Shown: positions 27,501 to 39,101 of the stretch, piece after piece
Layout: the number at the start of each line of letters is the position of its first letter
Position numbering within the stretch: the stretch's first letter is position 1
Source of the DNA: Macrostomum hystrix
Taxonomy: Eukaryota > Animalia > Platyhelminthes
Direction: 5' to 3'
Assembly (NCBI GenBank): GCA_950097015.1
Contig: CATNEN010000003.1
Location: 12,648,001 to 12,712,000, forward strand
DNA length: 64,000 bases
Made by a program: the position numbers and the translations under genes
The notes under the pieces: model-generated
The model's input: only the letters and a program-made list of their open reading frames with translations
Database searches by the model: none
Told to the model about the DNA's origin: nothing

Positions 27501-30500
27501 GACCAATCAGAGAATAGTAGACTTCACGGGTCTGTCCACCCTCTCTATTACTGACCAATCAGAGAATAGTAGACTTCAAGGGTCTGTCCACCCTCTCTAT
27601 TACTGACCAATCAGAGAATAGTAGACTTCACGGGTTTGTTACTCTTGAACGCAGATATTTTCTATAATTTACCCACTGACTGACCCTAACAAGAATCCAA
27701 AACAAGGTTTGTCTCACCGTAGGCACTAGATCCCAAACGAAATAGCCAAGCAAGGCCGCACAATTGGAAGCAGAACATTAGGGCGTAGGTTGACGTGAGG
27801 ACAAAAGTGACGCCAAACAGACAGATAGCGGCCAGGCCCCATGTGCCGTGCAGAGCTGCTGGACGACCCAGAAGCCACCAGGAAGACTGCTGCTGCTGCT
27901 GCTGCTGTTGTTGTGCAGTTAAACTTTCGTCAACAACATCCGGAGCTGCAGTGTCAACTTTAGCCTTATAAACGGTCGATCCCAAATATGTGACATATCT
28001 GCCAGCTAAACTTTTGTTATAATGGCCAAACAGTGATGGCCAATGCAGGGAGGCCATCTCGGGCCAATAGCGCTGGTAATCCGGATTAGTATCAGATTGC
28101 AATGATTCTCCCGTTGGCGCATAATCCGACAATGTCAGCGGCGACCAAGTCCCATTGCTGGGCAGTGTTAGGGAGTTATGCAAGTGCCTGGCGATTGCTG
28201 ACAATGCACCGCTTGCCTGTCATATCGGGGGATTCGGATTGAAATTTGAAATATGTGAAAGCTGGTATTAAGCAGGTGAGCTTTACAATCTATACGATTA
28301 AAAAATTGAATTCAAGAATATACTCGTAGGATAACAGATTAGAATATAATAATACGGATATGGGATTAGAATTAATTGATATGGGATAATAGATCGGAAG
28401 TCAAGGATTATGGATAACTGTTATGGGATAAGGGATTAGAACTCTTTAATATGGGATACCCTGTAAAAAATTCGGCTGCTTCTTCGGCGGGTTTTTGTGC
28501 AAAATAGGAGTGGAATCTACCGAAATCCCCCCTATCTCGCAAGAGTTAAAGAAACCACCCAGGAAGCAGCCGATGTAACCGTAAATTGTGCGGAAACCGC
28601 CGAAGAATCACCCGAACCAGTGGCCCATGGGACAACCAGAGAATTATTTACGGGCGATTCCTCGGCGGATTCTGAGCATGGAATCTTCCGAACTGGAGGA
28701 TTCTTTGGGTGATTCCATTTCGCCACCAAGAAGCTGCGAGAAAACGTCCAGTTGGGTAGATTCTAAGCATGGAATCATCCGATTGGTATGTTTCCAGCGG
28801 TCGGCTGTTTCTTTTTCTGGAAACACCGCAGATTCCAACTGGAATCACCCAAAGAAACATCCCTATTTTTAGCGGGTAACGGATTACAATGTTAGAATAT
28901 GGGATAACTAGACTAAAATGTAAGAATATGGGATAACGGATTACAATGTAAGAATATGGGATAACTAGACTAAAATGTAAGAATATGGGATAACGGATTA
29001 CAATGTAAGAATATGGGATAACGGATTACAATGTAAGAATATGGGATAACGGATTACAATGTAAGAATATGGGATAACGGATTACAATGTAAGAATATGG
29101 GATAACGGATTACAATGTAAGAATATGGGATAACGGATTACAATGTAAGAATATGGGATAACGGATTACAATGTAAGAATATGGGATAACGGATTACAAT
29201 GTAAGAATATGGGATAACGGATTACAATGTAAGAATATGGGATAAATGATTACAATGTAAGAATATGGGATAACGGATTACAATGTAAGAATATGGGATA
29301 ACGGATTACAATGTAAGAATATGGGATAACGGATTACAATGTAAGAATATGGGATTAATGGATTAGAATATAATAATATAGGATAAGGGAACTAAGGATT
29401 TCGAGTTTTTAAGACTAAGACTTGGAATTTAATTTATAAAGTGTGGGATATTATAATATCTAATCTATATAGATTACTTATCCAAATTCAACCATTCGGA
29501 CAAATTTAGGAAATTTCTGGGATTAGTTATTTCGTTATGGGATTTAATATAGACTAAACACAAAAATCACGAATGATAACAGCCCAGTCACCTGCAGTAG
29601 CCAAGCAGCCAACAATAGCAGGATGAGCCGCAGAGCCAGCCTCTTATTAGCCAGATAGTAGAGCACCTGAATTCTTCTAGGCACGCTAGCAGTGGCGGTG
29701 GTGGCGCCGGTGGCAGGACCAGCGGCCAGGCTGTGCATCAGAAAGGCCGCAGTATTGGCATCTGATGGCTGACGCCTGTGAAAGTGATGAAACTGTTGCA
29801 ATCTACGAATTTGCTCCTCCGAAGATGACGGCGACTCGGCGACCGCTGGACCCGACAGCGGGGCGTCGGCTTCGGCTGCATCGGCGGAGTCGCCACAGCC
29901 AAGTGTGACAGCCAGATCTTTTGGCACTTCGCGTACCGACTGGTGGCAGTGCAGCTGTTGCATCTGGTTCGGCTGCGGCTGTTGCTGCAAATTAATAACC
30001 CGAATTTGATAACTTGCAAATTACGCAGCTCTTACGCAGCCTAATGTACAGCTGTTCAGTCCATGGACTGAGAGGTCGCGACACCGCATATGGGAACTGA
30101 AGCACTAGAGAATTAAGCGACTTGAATAAGGACACAAATCGTTTCCCTTAGGCTGAGATTCGAACTCCCGACCTCCCGACTCCGTGAGCTATGAGGTGAC
30201 AAAAGACACAAATCGTTTCCCTTAGTCTGAGATTCGAACTCCCGACCTCCCGACTCCGTGAGCTATGAGGTGACAAAGAACACAAATCGTTTCCCTTAGT
30301 CTGAGATTCGAACTCCAGACCCCCCCGACTCCGTGAGCTATGAGGTGACAAAGAACACAAATCGTTTCCCTTAGGCTGAGATTCGAACTCCCGACCTCCC
30401 GACTCCGTGAGCTATGAGGTGACAAAAGACACAAATCGTTTCCCTTAGTCTGAGATTCGAACTCCCGACCTCCCGACTCCGTGAGCTATGAGGTGACAAA

Positions 30501-33500
30501 AGACACAAATCGTTTCCCTTAGGCTGAGATTCGAACTCCCGACCTCCCGACTTCGTGAGCTATGAGGTGACAAAGAACACAAATCGTTTCCCTTAGGCTG
30601 AGATTCGAACTCCCGACCTCCCGACTCCGTGAGCTATGAGGTGACAAAAGACACAAACTGTTTCCCTTGGCTAAGATTTGAACTCCCGACCTCTCGTATA
30701 AACACATCTATTTGTGATTTATATTTTCCATCTATATTATTGTTTTGAGTAGGCTACTTAAGTAGACAATTTAAATTTATTACGCTTTAACAGGGGACGC
30801 GTCTAGACTAACTTTGAAGGTTAATCTAGAGGTAGGTTCTATTTTTAAGTAGACTCAAACACGCAGTTACCAATGTGACAGGCGGCTGCTGCTGCTGCTG
30901 CTGTTGCTTAGCAAGCCTAGACGGCAGAGGCTCCATTCGTCTAATATCGATAGCCAAAATGGTGACAAAGAAGAACATTTGCAAGAAGAAATCTGTACAC
31001 AGGCCGACAACAGCGAAGAGGGCAAATTCTTGGATGCTAGTATTGAAGGACAATAGGCCCAGGCTTAGCAGGGCCACCTCGGCAACCAGGCTGCGGGTGA
31101 TGGCCCAGCCTTCCTTGCTCAAGCCCACAGCCACGCGATGGCGAACCTCCAGCTCAACTGGTGTGCTCACAACAGACTTAGTGATCACTAGGACATTCTC
31201 CATTCCGATGAGCACAACCAGATAGGGGAATGTTTCCGATCCATTCAGGCTGGGAGCCATGCCAAAGTACATGCAGACACCGACAGACATGAGCAACGAG
31301 GCGACGACCGTGAAACAGGCGCCGAATGCCAGACCCCACTTGCTCTTCACCATCTGAATTTTGCCTGCAATCAATGAGATATGAGCCAACACTGTGACCC
31401 AACACTGACAACTGTGACCCAACACTGACAACTGTGACCCAACACTGACAACTGTGACCCAACACTGACAAATGTGACCCAACACTAACAACTGTGACTT
31501 AACACTGACAACTGTGACCCAACACTAACAACTGTGACCCAACACTGACAACTGTGACCCAACACTGACAACTGTGACCCAACACTGACAACTGTGACCC
31601 AACACTGACAACTGTGACCCAACACTGACAACTGTGACCCAACACTGTGACCCAACACTGACAACTGTGACCCAACACTGACAACTGTGACCTAGACCCC
31701 AGAAAAGTCACAATGTATTAAAAAGGCCACTTACGAACAGAGAAGTATATGTACAAAAACAGGATAGTGTACAGCACCAGCAGCGGTGTGTACTCCACAA
31801 TGAAACTATTGTCTTTGAAGTAGATGTGCGTCACGGAAACAGAGCTGTCGCCGGCCATTGAAACGCGATCAATCCAAGACAGCCCAGAGATTCGATTGGT
31901 TAGAGCCTTGACGAAGCTGAGCATTATTAGAGGTTGGAGGTGCAATTTCAGTTAAAATGCACAGGGTTGAATCGATTGGAAAACAATCTGGATTTGTGGA
32001 ATTCGATTTGGAGACAATAGGGATTTCAGGAATTCTGGCACAATTGGGGTTTCGCGAATACTGGCACAATGGGGATTTCGGTAATTCTGGCACAATAGGG
32101 ATTTCGGGAATTCTCGCACAATGGGGATTTCGGGAATTCCGGCACAATAGGGATTTCGGGAATTCTGGCACAATGGGGATTTCGGGAATTCGGGCACAAT
32201 TGGGGATTTCGGGAATTCAGGCACAATTGGGGATTTCGGGAATTCAGGCACAATAGGGATTTCGGGAATTCTGGCACAATAGGGATTTCGGGAATTCTGG
32301 CACAATAGGGATTTCGGGAATTCTGGCACAATTGGGGTTTCGCGAATACTGGCAAAAGGAGGATTTCGGGAATTCTCGCACAATGGGGATTTCGGGAATT
32401 CTGGCACAATAGGGATTTCGGGAATTCTGGCACAATAGGGGTTTCGCGAATACTGGCAAAAGGAGGATTTCGGGAATTCTCGCACAATGGGGATTTCGGG
32501 AATTCTGGCACAATAGGGATTTCGGGAATTCTGGCACAATAGGGATTTCGGGAATTCTGGCACAATAGGGATTTCGGGAATTCTGGCACAATTGGGGTTT
32601 CGCGAATACTGGCAAAAGGAGGATTTCGGGAATTCTCGCACAATAGGGATTTCGGGAATTCTGGCACAATAGGGATTTCGGGAATTCTGGCACAATAGGG
32701 ATTTCGGGAATTCTGGCACAATTGGGGTTTCGCGAATACTGGCAAAAGGAGGATTTCGGGAATTCTCGCACAATGGGGATTTCGGGAATTCTGGCACAAT
32801 TGGGGTTTTGGGAATTCTGGCACAATTGGGGTTTCGCGAATACTGGCAAAAGGAGGATTTCGGGAATTCTCGCACAATGGGGATTTCGGGAATTCTGGCA
32901 CAATGGGGATTTCGGGAATTCTGGCACAATTGGGGTTTCGGGAATTCTGGCACAATAGGGATTTCGGGAATTCTGGCACAATTGGGGTTTCGGGAATTCT
33001 GGCACAATAGGGATTTCGCGAATACTGGCACAATGGGGATTTCGCGAATACTGGCACAATGGGGATTTCGGGAATTCTCGCACAATTGGGGTTTCGCGAA
33101 TACTGGCACAATAGGGATTTCGGGAATTCTGGCACAATAGGGATTTCGCGAATACTGGCACAATGGGGATTTCGGGAATTCTGGCACAATTGGGGATTTC
33201 GGGAATTCTCGCACAATTGGGGTTTCGCGAATACTGGCACAATAGGGATTTCGGGAATTCTGAGACAATGGGGATTTCGGTAATTCTGGCACAATTGGGG
33301 ATTTTGGGAATTCGATTCTGAGACAATGGAGATTTCGAAAATTTGATTCTAAAACTAAGATTCGATTCCGAATCAATTCAAAACAGTGCCAAATTGTTCA
33401 CTTACTCTTGATCCAAGCTTTTAAGGAAGGCGGTCACGCAGTAGGAGATGACTCGGTCTCTGCTGCGCACGTTGAATCGGGAGACGCCGGTGTGACGCCA

Positions 33501-36500
33501 GGGCATGCCGAACAGAATCTCTGCGCGGTTTCGGGGGGGAGAATTTGAGGGCAGAGTTAATATGACATAACATTACAGTGAGACCGGTGAGAAAGGGAAC
33601 AGAGAAAAAAAACTGGAAAGAGGGGAGAGGGGAAGAACAGGGGGAGAGATAACGGGGGAGATAAGGGGGAGAGATAAGGGCGACAGATAAGGGGAGATAA
33701 GGGGGAGAGATAAGGGGGAGATAAGAGGGGGAGATAAGGGGGAGATAAGGGGAGAGAACTGGGGGCAGAGGTGTAGAGAACAGACTACCCAATAGGGCAA
33801 GTGAACAGGGGAAAAGATGAAAATAAGGGATGGGGATAGAAAATAGGGGAGAGGGTGAGTGAACAGGAGGGGAGAAATGGGACAAAGGGAAAAGAACATG
33901 GCAAGAGGAAGAGGAGAGAATTGGACATAGGGGAGAACTGGAGATGGTGAGAGAACATGGGTAGACAGGGGAGAACAGGGGAGGGAAAGAAAACAGGAGG
34001 AGAGAACAGGGGTAGACAGGGGAGAATAGGGGAGGGAAAGAAAACAGAAGGAGAGAACAGGGGAGAACACCATTATAAGCAACAAACCTTTCACTGACGA
34101 CATGTACACAGTCCTAGTTGGATCGCGATCCGAATGAAACGACTCCAGCTGTTGTTGCCATAGCAACGCCGGGGACAATAGCAAGCAACCGTATGCCGGC
34201 AGTTGAGATCGCTCGTCAGATTGTGGATGGCCGTTGATAGCAACTGGTTCGTCAACTTGAACGCATATATCGTTAAAACTGCTGCCATTAGCCAATCGAA
34301 AATCTTGCACCAAAGCGTGCAACTCGAAACTGCCAATCAGGGCAGCTTGGAGCGCCTCTGCCCAGGCGCGACGGGACACGTGGACGGTAACGAGGATCTG
34401 CATGATGACAGCCTCCGGTGGTCGTTGTTGCATCTGATTTTAATGGTAGTTTGGTAGTAAAAGGCTTACTGTTGAAACAAGTAACATACTATTTTTTATT
34501 TTATCTATATAAAGACAGAATGCTACTAACGAGTAGTATGATCTACAGCTGGAGTTGTAGCCCAGGGGTAAGAGCGTCGGACTCACGACTTGAAGGTCGG
34601 GGGTTCGATTCCTGACTCCACTGGTATAATTTGTGTCCTGTAGCAAGACACTACTTAGTTCTGCATTGCTTCAGTTCACCCAGCCGTTACATTAGCTGGA
34701 GTAATTGGGCCAATTCTTATGGGTGAGTGTGGCGTTCCCCTGTCTATGGACTGAATAGCCGTTTTGAAGTCGTCTTTTATTCACCAAGCGTTTCTTAAGT
34801 CATCATTTATTTCTTTAGTGTATTTGGAAGTCATCATTTATTTCTTTAGTGTATTTGGAAGTCATCATTTATTTCTTTAGTGTATTTGGAAGTCATCATT
34901 TATTTCTTTACAGTATTTGGAAGTCATCATCCGTTTCTTCAGTGTTTTGGAAGTCATCATCCATTTCTTCAGTGTATTTGGAAGTCATCATCCGTTTCTT
35001 CAGTGTTTTGGAAGTCATCATCCATTTCTTCAGTGTTTTGGAAGTCATCTTCCATTTCTTCAGTGTTTTGGAAGTCATCTTCCATTTCTTCAGTGTTTTG
35101 GAAGTCATCTTCCATTTCTTCAGTGTTTTGGAAGTCATCTTCCTTTTCTTCAGTTTTTTGGAAGTCATCATCCATTTCTTCAGTGTATTTGGAAGTCATC
35201 TTCCATTTCTTCAGTGTTTTGGAAGTCATCTTTCATTTCTTCAGTGTTTTGGAAGTCATCTTCCATTTCTTCAGTGTTTTGGAAGTCATCATCCATTTCT
35301 TTACAGTATTTGGAAGTCACCATCCGTTTCTTCAGTGTTTTGGAAGTCATCATCCATTTCTTCAGTGTATTTGGAAGTCATCATCCACTTCTTCAGTGTT
35401 TTGGAAGTCATCATCCATTTCTTTACAGTATTTGGAAGTCATCATCCGTTTCTTTACAGTATTTGGAAGTCATCATCCGTTTCTTTACAGTATTTGGAAG
35501 TCATCATCCATTTCTTTACAGTATTTGGAAGTCATCATCCATTTCTTTACAGTATTTGGAAGTCATCATCCGTTTCTTTACAGTATTTGGAAGTCATCAT
35601 CCATTTCTTTACAGTATTTGGAAGTCATCATCCATTTCTTTACAGTATTTGGAAGTCATCATCCGTTTCTTTACAGTATTTGGAAGTCATCATCCATTTC
35701 TTTACAGTATTTGGAAGTCATCATCCGTTTCTTTACAGTATTTGGAAGTCATCATCCATTTCTTTACAGTATTTGGAAGTCATCATCCATTTCTTTACAG
35801 TATTTGGAAGTCATTATCCATTCCTTCAGTGTTTTTTTATTTATTCAATAATCTATTTCCCTTTTCCTTAAAGTGTTATAAATAAAGTAGAGTGTAATCA
35901 CTCAAATATCTAAAACTGTATGAGCAACGTAGAGCCAGTACATTATGACCCTGAAGCATTTCGTGTTTTACTCCTAATCGCAGACTAGCCACTCGGCGCA
36001 CGCTAATGACCGCATCGCGCATTCTGCGTGTACAGGTACAGACTTTTAGTTAGTGTTACTATGGCGCCATTTACAGTATATAAGAGTATGACTCACAGAT
36101 CAGGAGAGTAGAGAAGAGAAGAATGCTTGACAGACAGATAGAAAGACCCAATGTATGTTTGTAGAATACAAGAGATTTATTATTAGAAGGGTATTCTCAT
36201 CTACCTAAATAACTAAGGCGTTGCCACAAGACTAAATTTTATGACCAAACCTTTTCAACGGTCTTTTCAACAAAAGTATTTTTGTGCTTCTGTACTACGA
36301 GTACTTTTTTCGTTCTAGTGGTTTTAAATAATTTACTTAAGCAACTGAAATTTAGTCGGTCATAACGTACTTTTGATTATGTAGTCTCTTAGTCTATATA
36401 GAGGTCATTACTCGAATGTTAAAACCGTTTTGCATTACTTTAAGTCCTGGTCATATCTACAAACTTCACTGCTCTATTTGATCATATAGACCAGAGGTCG

Positions 36501-37696
36501 GCAAACTCCGGCCCGCGGGCCAGATGCGGCCCTCAAAGTTCTCAAATCCGGCCCGTTGCCCCTTCCGACAGCTATAGTATACTGTTTCATCTTTCCCCTA
36601 TCTCATCTCCCCCCGTGTCTCGTCTCTCCCGTGCCTAATCTCTCCTTTGTCTCACCTCTCCCGTGTCTAATCTCTCCCGTGTGTCATCTCTCCCGTGTGC
36701 CGTGTGTCATCTCTCCCGTGTGTCATCTCTCCCGTGTGCCGTGTGTCATCTCTCCCGTGTGCCGTGTGTCATCTCTCCCGTGTCTCGTCTCCTCCCGTGT
36801 CTCGTCTCTCCCGTGCCTTATCTCTCCTTTGTCTCACCTCTCCCGTGTCTTATCTCTCCTGTGTCTCATCTCTCCCGTGCGTCATCTTTACCGTGTCTCG
36901 TCTCGCCCCTGTCTCATCTCTCCTCGGTCTCATCTCTCCTGTCTCATCTCTTCCCTATCTCTGATATATTTCTCTTATATTTCTACCGTCAATGCGGCCC
37001 GTTGTCGTCTTTTAGGTTCTCTTTTTGGCCCGCTAGCTAATAAATTTGCCGACCCCTGATATAGACGTCCATTACTGATTTACTGGTATCCTTGGTCATA
37101 TAGACGGTCATTACTGCTCTCATTGGTCCTATAGCAACGGTCATTACTAGTATCCTTGGCCATTTATACGGTCATTACTGCTCTCATTGATCAAATAGAC
37201 GGTCATTACTGCTCTCATTTGTCATAGAGATGGTCATTACTGCTCTCATTGGTCAAATAGACGGTCATTACTGCTCTCATTTGTCATAGAGATGGTCATT
37301 ACTGCTCTCATTGGTCAAATAGACGGGCATTACTGGTTTCCTTGGTCATTTAGAAGACATTTCCTGGCTCCTAAGGTGGCTTTAAAAAAACGAAATGTGT
37401 TAGTACTGAATAAAAAAATTTAAAGCACTCACCCAAGGGCGTGTTGAACCAGCAGCAGCAACCATTGAATTTCTTGCTTTGTTCCCAGAACTGACAACAT
37501 TTTTATTAGCGTCATCGCCACCATCAACATTAATTACAAACTCATATGGCGTCCTACTTGGTATAGACAGCGTCAATAGTGGATACCAGAAGAACAGAAT
37601 GACAAGAATCACTCCAGCCAGAATGTGGACAGGAAAGCGGGCGCATAGGATGCCATGATAGTAGAACAACCTGCTTACTTGATGCTTAATAGGCAT
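18519..37696 (-). CDS. SCAP: Sterol regulatory element-binding protein cleavage-activating protein, 10 coding exons, about 1241 aa
   Basis: Exons 37696-37433, 34433-34088, 33520-33406, 31916-31735, 31364-30871, 29984-29592, 28216-27718, 26263-25929, 25208-24546, 18953-18519; all GT-AG and phase-compatible (3726 nt). SCAP motifs: [18 protein letters not shown], sterol-sensing domain [19 protein letters not shown]...[29 protein letters not shown]...DFFLQMFFF...IDIRRME, loop-7 [18 protein letters not shown], then WD40 repeats. Confidence 0.95.
18990..19151. repeat. Degenerate ~40-bp repeat (ACAGGTCTTTGTCC...CATTCTA), left part
   Basis: Same array resumes at 24166-24485 on the far side of the P element. 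Confidence 0.75.
19152..24165 (+). mobile_element. P-superfamily DNA transposon, 5014 bp, antisense within SCAP intron 9
   Basis: Perfect 17-bp TIR CAAGGACTACTTAAGTA (19152-19168 / 24149-24165), extended by subterminal inverted blocks (TAGAAGGACGCTGCACTC; TTTTTTTGAAGGCC). Exact 8-bp TSD ATTCTAAC at 19144-19151 and 24166-24173. CA...TG ends and an 8-bp TSD are P-element hallmarks. Confidence 0.96.
20224..23156 (+). CDS. THAP-domain P-element (THAP9-like) transposase, 4 exons, apparent frameshift near 22940
   Basis: Exons 20224-20355, 20452-20596, 20722-22380 and 22506-22948 (or 23156) join in frame. THAP C2CH finger: [10 protein letters not shown]...FP...W...ICQKHW...DPPSVFP. Catalytic motifs [31 protein letters not shown]; C-terminal LYYISGYV...LSRGKLRHP. 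Frame stops at 22948 (792 aa) and a shifted frame continues to 23156 (about 862 aa if repaired). Confidence 0.92.
24166..24485. repeat. Degenerate ~40-bp repeat, right part
   Basis: ACAGGTCTTTGTCCACATTCTACC units continue after the right TSD. Confidence 0.8.
25365..25877. repeat. 18-bp minisatellite (GGGAATCGTCCCAGTCTT)n, SCAP intron 8
   Basis: Direct periodicity; shares the GAATCGTCCCA core with the array at 1-930. Confidence 0.93.
26290..27635. repeat. 52-bp minisatellite carrying TGACCAATCAG, SCAP intron 7
   Basis: Period 52 (e.g. 27241 to 27293), about 25 copies. Confidence 0.96.
28459..28876. mobile_element. Non-autonomous TIR element, CMC/EnSpm-like, 418 bp
   Basis: Ends CCCTGTAAAAAA...TTTTTAGCGGG (imperfect TIR). 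TA is duplicated on both flanks, splitting one ATGGGATA|ACGG unit of the surrounding 28-bp repeat. Confidence 0.7.
28877..29370. repeat. 28-bp minisatellite (GATAACGGATTACAATGTAAGAATATGG)n, SCAP intron 6
   Basis: Direct periodicity; degenerate units also at about 28330-28458. Confidence 0.95.
30048..30697 (-). mobile_element. SINE copy whose B-box region is amplified as a 74-bp tandem array (about 7.5 copies), SCAP intron 5
   Basis: SINE tail GCTGTTCAGTCCATGGACTG at about 30050 and body to 30130, then 74-bp units containing GGGAGTTCGAATCTC on the minus strand. Confidence 0.85.
31388..31692. repeat. 20-bp minisatellite (CCAACACTGACAACTGTGAC)n, SCAP intron 4
   Basis: Direct periodicity. Confidence 0.96.
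32010..33335. repeat. 26-bp minisatellite (CACAATAGGGATTTCGGGAATTCTGG)n, SCAP intron 3
   Basis: Direct periodicity with higher-order variants. Confidence 0.96.
33590..34070. repeat. Purine-rich low-complexity repeat (GGGGAGATAA/GGAGAACAGG), SCAP intron 2
   Basis: Strong purine bias on the plus strand. Confidence 0.85.
34551..34762 (+). mobile_element. tRNA-derived SINE with CORE/V-like central domain
   Basis: A box TAGCCCAGGGGTAA and B box GGTTCGATTCC, then TGTGTCCTGTAGCAAGACACT...TTCAGTTCACCCAGC (resembles CORE/V-type domains) and tail CTGTCTATGGACTGAATAGC. Confidence 0.8.
34790..35830. repeat. 30-31 bp minisatellite (GGAAGTCATCATCCATTTCTTTACAGTATTT)n, SCAP intron 1
   Basis: Direct periodicity. 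Confidence 0.96.
36492..37058. mobile_element. Non-autonomous hAT (Charlie/Buster-like) element, 567 bp
   Basis: TIR CAGAGGTCGGCAAA / TTTGCCGACCCCTG; subterminal GGCCCGCGGGCC...CGGCCC motifs; 8-bp TSD ATATAGAC (36484-36491, 37059-37066) with central TA; internal TGTCTCATCTCTCCCG simple repeat. Confidence 0.9.
37060..37350. repeat. ~31-bp minisatellite (ATAGACGGTCATTACTGCTCTCATTGGTCA)n
   Basis: Direct periodicity; degenerate units also left of the hAT element. Confidence 0.85.
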
Positions 37697-38535
37697 TCTA
37701 ACTAAGAACTTCTTGTTTTAATTCAATGCCTGTATAATTGATTCAGTTTATCGAGACACCATACAATTTCTCCATTGAATTGTTGATATAGATAGCATCT
37801 TTCATTTCATCTGCAAAAAGTTTTCAATTGAATTAGTAATTTTGTAATTAAGATAAACTTCATCACATAAATAAAAAATATTTAAATAGAAAATCATAGC
37901 TTTGTACTTAGTAGAGTCTGGTTTACACTACTTTTATTTACTCACCTAAATTTCTCATCATTCTGGCTACTACCAAGATTTAGCTAGATGAACTGAAGAA
38001 AGACTATTTTACAAATATGATAACAGGCAAGATATGTTGCTTAGCTTTTATATGGCTGAATAATAAATGTAATATATTTAGACAGGACATAATATTGTAC
38101 ACTTTGCTGCCATATTTTAGCTACACTTAATTATACAAATAGAACTAGATTTAAAACAGTGTCTGGTCTAAACAAGACCCGAAGGACATCCAGGCCCTTA
38201 CTATGACCCTCACGGGCCATGGCTACTACACCAGACACTGTTTCCTCCGAGGAGACCTCCAGAGTGAGCAGTGCCTATTCTGTAACCTTGAGAGGGTAAG
38301 GCACATAGTGCAGCACAGCACCCCAGCATGGCAAGTTGTGGCATGGCACAGCGGAGGAGTTTGGCAGAGCTTGGTGCAGTCTTTTGAGTCAAAAAATTTC
38401 AGTCATCAGCACATTTTTGTGAACTTTGTGCAAAAATTCTGATTTGGCTTACAATTAGTATAATACCTTTGTGGAATAGGTGATTTTAACTTTTACTTAA
38501 AAAATAACCTTGGTAAAAAAGTATAATGATTAAAG

Positions 38536-39101
38536 CCATAGTCCGGATCATGTCGTTTACGCCGGAGATCTCCGGCGTAAATCTGGTTTGGGATCGGAGG
38601 CTGGCGTAAGTGCTTGGCGTAAGTATAGGCCAAAATGTGCCTTGGTGTAAGTGCTTGGCGTAAGTACATGGCATAAATCAAGTGGCATAAATGTTAGCAC
38701 AAATGAGATCATTCACGATCAAATGTATCACTATAGAACATAACACATTTGCATTAATTAAGATGTTTGCGTTAATTAGGAGCAGCATTAAAACAAAGTT
38801 CATTAAAATATTGCAGTTCGTATAAATGAGATAGCAGAATATCTATTGTAGGATAGCAAAAGTTTTTTTAGCTTTAAGATGCTTACTTTGATACTTGATT
38901 CAGAATTTGCAACTTGTGAGATTTTTAAACAGTTGCAACTTCTGAATTTAATTAATCACTGATTAACATGATTTGTGAAGGACCTTTTTTTGGGTGGCGT
39001 AATTCAGAGGGACCTTTTTTTGGTTGGCGTAAGTCTGGCGTAAGTGCCAAAAAATGTTGGATTTTTCCTCCGGCGTAAGTCCAGCATGATCCGGACTATG
39101 G
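38536..39101. mobile_element. Non-autonomous TIR element (MITE), 566 bp, superfamily unassigned
   Basis: Perfect 17-bp TIR CCATAGTCCGGATCATG / CATGATCCGGACTATGG; 8-bp TSD GATTAAAG (38528-38535, 39102-39109); repeated subterminal TGGCGTAAG motifs. Confidence 0.9.

Noticed and set aside
34551-34620. Possible tRNA-Val(CAC) gene
   Set aside because: T stem and acceptor region are about 3 nt short, the anticodon stem is mismatched, and it continues into a SINE body.
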